This document shows positions 16,801 through 20,000 of a stretch of 20,000 nucleotides of DNA, piece by piece. The DNA comes from an uncultured virus (IMG/VR IMGVR_UViG_3300042691_014085) (lineage: Duplodnaviria; Heunggongvirae; Uroviricota; Caudoviricetes), in IMG/VR virus record IMGVR_UViG_3300042691_014085, positions 55,970 through 75,969 of that record; one strand, given 5' to 3'. Position numbers and translations under genes: made by a program. The notes under the pieces were generated by a model, which was given only the letters and a program-made list of their open reading frames with translations, made no database searches and had not been told where the DNA came from. Within the stretch, counting starts at the first letter, position 1, and each line of letters begins with the position of its first letter.

Positions 16801-19718
16801 GCTGCTACTGCAGAAAGAGCAATTTTTTCTCCTATTAATGCACTTCTACGTTGTATCTCTGCTTCTGCAGCAGTACGCATTTGTGGTGGAAGGGCCATAC
16901 CAGCTCCACCGAGTCGTCTTATTCCACCAGCAAGAACTCTTGATTCTGGTAGAACATGAGCTCTTGTTAATTTTTCTGTAGATGATATTGGAGCTAATCG
17001 GTTAGCCCTTTGAACTCCTACCTGGAATCTTGAAGCTTTTCCACTTCTTATACTATAGTGTGTGCTTCTAACTACTTCTCCAGTATTTGGATCAATCGTT
17101 ACTCCTGGAACTCTTACGTTGCCCCCACTCATAATATCTGCATTAGTGGCGTAGGCAAACTTTCTCATACCAGATGCAATACCAGCTCCTGAAGCTCCTG
17201 TAGCTGACAACCTATCTAATATTAAAGATATCTCTTGTCTTTTTCTTGCAAACAATTCACTAATATGTTTTGCTTGTTGACCAGATTCAGCCATTTCTCG
17301 TGATGCAATTCTTAGCTGGTCTGTAATTTCATCAGTATATGGAGCTGCTTGCTGAATCATTGAAAGTATTGTTTTATCAGTAAGCCTCATATTTGATTCA
17401 ATAGATCCTGCAACAGCTGCAGTATTTCTAAGAGATTCTGCAAATCCAGCTGTATCTAAAAATTCTTTACTAAGTCCAAAGCCTCCAGGCGTATTACCTG
17501 GTGCAAGCATTGTGTAGGGACCGAGCAATCTTTCTTGTCCTCCGTAAATACTTGGTAAGCCATTTTTAAATCCTGGAATATTTCCAGATATCATTGCATT
17601 AATTAAAGGTGCATACTTTTGAGCCATTTTTGCAGGAATTACCGCTTCTCCAGGAGACAGCATTGATGGAACAATATCTCCTGCTCCCTTAGGTCCTGGA
17701 ACCGAAACAACACCCTTTTCATATCCTTTAACTTTAAATCCTGGACTCATCATTCCAGGGAATCTTGTAGCTGCTGCATTTTGTGCAGTAACCATTCTTT
17801 GATACTCTGCTATAAGGCTTCTTACTGCAGCCGCTTCTCCAGTAAATGCCTGTTGAAGCTTCATGTGTGATTGTTCAAGAGATGCTGCTGCTGCTACTGC
17901 ATTTTGCTGTTCTACACTTAAAAAGTTTGTTTGCTCACCTAAAACTTTAGATTGTCCAGTTAATCTTAAAAATCCATTTCTTAAAAGCATTAAACCTTTA
18001 ATACCATTGGCAATAAAGTTAGCCATCAAACCAATAGTCATTAGTAATACTGGGCCAAGTCCACCTATATAAAATATGACTTTTGTAATTACTTTTTTGC
18101 TTGTATCAGATAAACCATTAAACCATTCTAATAAACCATTAAGCTTATCAAGTAGTGGAGTAATAACTTCTAAAAATGTTTGACCTATTGGTACTAAAGA
18201 AACTTTAAGGCTTTCTATAGAAGCACGGAACTTATTCATTGCGCTATCTGCAGTAAGACCTAATTCTTTTTCTGCCAATGCCGCCAAATCTTCCATAGAA
18301 GCTGTTGCTAAATCAAGAACACGAGCTGCTTGATTACCATCACGAATTACGTTATCAAATAATGCAGAGAGACGAGCTTGCTGGAACTTACCAAATAGTT
18401 GTTCAATAGCCCTTTGTCTTTGTAAATCAGAAAGATCATCTAATGCCTCTGCAAACTCTACTACAGTAGCTTTTAGATTTCCAACATTACTTTCTACAAT
18501 ATTATCAATATCAATGCCCATATCATTGAGCATTCCTCTTGCCTTATCTGAAGGATTAATAAGTGATGCAAGACCAGACTTTAATGCGTTTGCACCTTCT
18601 GATGCATTAATACCGCCTTCTTTCATGGCGGCCATAAAGAATGCTAAGTCTTTAATATCTCCGCCAAGCTCTCTTACGATTGGTGCTGCTTTTGGAATAG
18701 CAGTAGTAATATCTTCAAGCGATACAACAGTTTGGTTTTCAACTGCGTTAAGGAAGTTAATTGCATCAGCTAAGTCTACAGAAGAAATCCTAAAAGCATT
18801 TTGTAACGATATTGTTGTTTCAAGTGCTTTTTGTTGATCAACCTGACCAAGTACTTGAAGTCTTGTTGCTTGCGCTACCTGTGCTTGTAAATCAGATCCA
18901 GAAAAACCAGCTGCTGCTGCTTCTGCAGCTAATGCAACAGTATTAGATACAGCAATACCATACTTAGTAAATTCTTTTCCAAGTGCCTGAATAGATTCAA
19001 GCGCAAATTGTGTTTCTTCTGGTGCTGTAAATAAATCTCCATAAACTTTTTTAAATTTTATAGCAGCAGTTTCCATATCCATAAAAGCTTTTGTCGCCGC
19101 AGTTCCTAACCCAATTAATGGAAGAGTAAAACCAACCATGAGCTGACGACCAGCCCACTGTGTATTTTTACCAAAGTTGAGAAGATTTGTAGATCCTTGT
19201 TTTACAAGCTGATTAAATAAAGCTTGTTTTTGTGCTGCTATTTGTAGCTGAGTTGAAACATTGCTTAAATCAAGCTTTGTGGGCATGACTGCAATAGCTT
19301 TCATTGCACCGTTTGCATCACGGCCCATCTTAATATATTGAGTTTGTAGCCTCTTTACATTTTCTAAAGCTACCTTATTTACTGTATCTAACTCAGAACG
19401 AAAAAATCTACCAAATGTTTTAGTTGAAGCTGCAGAATATCTAAAGTATTCCCGCATTGAAAACTTGTTGCGTTCTAAAGAATCTGAAAAGTTTTCTGCT
19501 GTAGTTCTAACTGTACGTAATTCTGCAGAGAACCCTTGAATAGCATTTACGCCATTTATAAAGTTCTTCTGCAGATCACGTTGTGCAAGTGCAGCTGCAT
19601 CTGTACTTCTTGCTACAGATGAATGAAACCTTGCTATTTCTCTTTGAAGCGATTTTAGCTGTGCTAATGCACTAGACGTATCTATATTTACGCCAATTTC
19701 GGCATTTACATCAGCCAA
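13827..19718 (-). CDS. Tail tape measure protein, 1963 aa
   Basis: Very long Ala-rich helical ORF after the chaperone, with a TP901-type core (EGANALKSGLASLINPS), hydrophobic segments, GDIVPSMLSPGEAVIP and SPSR motifs, and C-terminal YNVTMNV. TTG start with GAGGTG RBS (19725-19730). Confidence 0.95.
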   Translation of the reverse strand: MADVNAEIGVNIDTSSALAQLKSLQREIARFHSSVARSTDAAALAQRDLQKNFINGVNAIQGFSAELRTVRTTAENFSDSLERNKFSMREYFRYSAASTKTFGRFFRSELDTVNKVALENVKRLQTQYIKMGRDANGAMKAIAVMPTKLDLSNVSTQLQIAAQKQALFNQLVKQGSTNLLNFGKNTQWAGRQLMVGFTLPLIGLGTAATKAFMDMETAAIKFKKVYGDLFTAPEETQFALESIQALGKEFTKYGIAVSNTVALAAEAAAAGFSGSDLQAQVAQATRLQVLGQVDQQKALETTISLQNAFRISSVDLADAINFLNAVENQTVVSLEDITTAIPKAAPIVRELGGDIKDLAFFMAAMKEGGINASEGANALKSGLASLINPSDKARGMLNDMGIDIDNIVESNVGNLKATVVEFAEALDDLSDLQRQRAIEQLFGKFQQARLSALFDNVIRDGNQAARVLDLATASMEDLAALAEKELGLTADSAMNKFRASIESLKVSLVPIGQTFLEVITPLLDKLNGLLEWFNGLSDTSKKVITKVIFYIGGLGPVLLMTIGLMANFIANGIKGLMLLRNGFLRLTGQSKVLGEQTNFLSVEQQNAVAAAASLEQSHMKLQQAFTGEAAAVRSLIAEYQRMVTAQNAAATRFPGMMSPGFKVKGYEKGVVSVPGPKGAGDIVPSMLSPGEAVIPAKMAQKYAPLINAMISGNIPGFKNGLPSIYGGQERLLGPYTMLAPGNTPGGFGLSKEFLDTAGFAESLRNTAAVAGSIESNMRLTDKTILSMIQQAAPYTDEITDQLRIASREMAESGQQAKHISELFARKRQEISLILDRLSATGASGAGIASGMRKFAYATNADIMSGGNVRVPGVTIDPNTGEVVRSTHYSIRSGKASRFQVGVQRANRLAPISSTEKLTRAHVLPESRVLAGGIRRLGGAGMALPPQMRTAAEAEIQRRSALIGEKIALSAVAAAATGAGTASPSRKTIPIGEDIARGLQVGMMNQIDETRAVADRLSKTASTMKSPTTGKPITQRDIATNKKLTGPQIGKMASPLILPGVQPLPGGKIILPGQESKTSSGLILPGQQQKSSSGLILPGQTGTQKGLIIPGTPRTIPGPNVPLIIPSQRRTGAAPGGLIDPRTGTYFPKTVPDSQAPGKVLKDTQEGQKQKTKRFAKARGAVGKRVTSMRGNAMGAGMGVSALVFALSMLPGKIGQLANAIMPAVFALQAFAMLAGAIGGIGAAVVALGVGLFMLNQSAKKSADELKKAADLEVQARVGSAKSIQEYAEFTGRALPSAREFSRNNRQLISASGQAVERFADFYKQEGNTSTAIINEAAVRGTDVGMQAAAMDVAQRAAIFGLSPQDIAANIKAASDLIGADQVELRAKVQQILAPNGEDITKEPLTVEARMNFLQESSKQNIQAIQKDILELSKIKLPKLNINPLSGDMAVGGVGLFRRAIDTGKRMSRGESFSDAMTTMTFQELKQAAGYQQGINESYSGGFGSEVMGALKQGARNIMGYGYEIDTLKAYKDIQGSVSSATMQLSIAFTQQKESLALLNQQYADGLITREQYDAGLATSLSNFDLLTESSKSLINELNKIDPEGTLAADALKGMGEEAFSALKKTNPELFKRITKSMKELDGAAQIDIMMGYAKGSLTILDVARIPEVLKAIDGMTADAAINFILNSDLSQGAKGNMTAGQAQAELDRINKELEGAAYYGGERGALLRRKGEMELALANAKKMEKDALGVNQTGPLDTDTGKGANKAASGIDNLTKAYDKELERLKKKRDALKEVNDELNRQNQYQMKQMDLLNQAAKAKMTGDYLAAAALQQESMMEGAKFASESKVIQMDKLIGAVEDRKAKIEDSKTITTADKKFLGKIKSGNYQSIAPMPTTPAVGFAAKGIAQETATTQMAGGAVYNVTMNVSGGNPEEIATKVIAKIKTISSKNNKSNGVTSLGTPR
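16296..16559 (-). repeat. Tandem [LI]I[LI]P[GS] peptide repeats inside the TMP (core period 39 bp)
   Basis: PLILPG, KIILPG, SGLILPG x2, KGLIIPG, PLIIPS, GGLIDP. The DNA repeat tgtcc[at]ggaagtat occurs at about 16423, 16462 and 16501. Confidence 0.9.
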
Positions 19719-19743
19719 TTATTTCACCTCATTTTAAATTGTA

Positions 19744-20000
19744 TTATTGATTTGCGTCAAGAATATCTGGCATTGCTCCAAGCGCTACTCCAGAAGCAGC
19801 TTCAACAATCTTATACACTGTTGGTAGATCCAAAAGGTCTTCCAACTTTGCAAGATCATCTGCAATTTCTGGCTTGTATTGCTTCATCGCAATTTGAGCA
19901 CACTCAACAAGAAGTGTCATTGACTTCTCATTATCTTCTGCCACTGCCGCAACTCCATCAAACTTCTTCAAAAATGGACGAAGAAGAGAGATTTTTAGAG
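19744..20000 (-). CDS. Tail assembly chaperone (5'-truncated)
   Basis: The frame stays open to the window edge (..LKISLLRPFLKKFDG..), so the TTG at 19971 is unlikely to be the true start. Acidic helical protein immediately before the TMP. Confidence 0.7.
   Translation of the reverse strand, partial: LKISLLRPFLKKFDGVAAVAEDNEKSMTLLVECAQIAMKQYKPEIADDLAKLEDLLDLPTVYKIVEAASGVALGAMPDILDANQ

Noticed and set aside
486..18837. Other plus-strand ORFs and nested alternate-frame minus ORFs (e.g. 7887-8351, 9750-10199, 5902-6150)
   Set aside because: All overlap long, well-supported minus-strand genes and show no recognisable motifs.
1..20000. Stop-codon reassignment, tRNA genes, intrinsic terminators, integrase or lysis genes
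   Set aside because: The standard code gives near-complete coding density. I saw no cloverleaf, no GC hairpin with a U-tract in the short intergenic gaps, and no matching ORFs.

Overview
This window is about 20 kb of an AT-rich tailed-phage (siphovirus-like) genome, densely coded and entirely on the minus strand. In transcription order it holds: a partial tail assembly chaperone, a 1963-aa tape measure protein (TMP), a Dit-like protein with two inserted domains, a 1378-aa baseplate hub/Tal-like protein, an H-type-lectin-like protein, an FN3 tail fibre, an 826-aa putative tip adhesin, a cluster of small genes (including a Cys6 protein, a Zn-ribbon and a MerR-like HTH) and a DnaB-like helicase. 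From recollection, not a search, the gene order resembles large actinobacterial phages from freshwater metagenomes. Two signals stand out. (1) All 20 cysteines of the adhesin lie in one insert with a nested, mirror-spaced pattern that predicts a stalk-and-knob hairpin; the gene is followed by a separately promoted pair of small genes that may mature it. (2) The TMP carries a tandem array of 'KTSSGLILPG'-type motifs resembling the GroES mobile loop.
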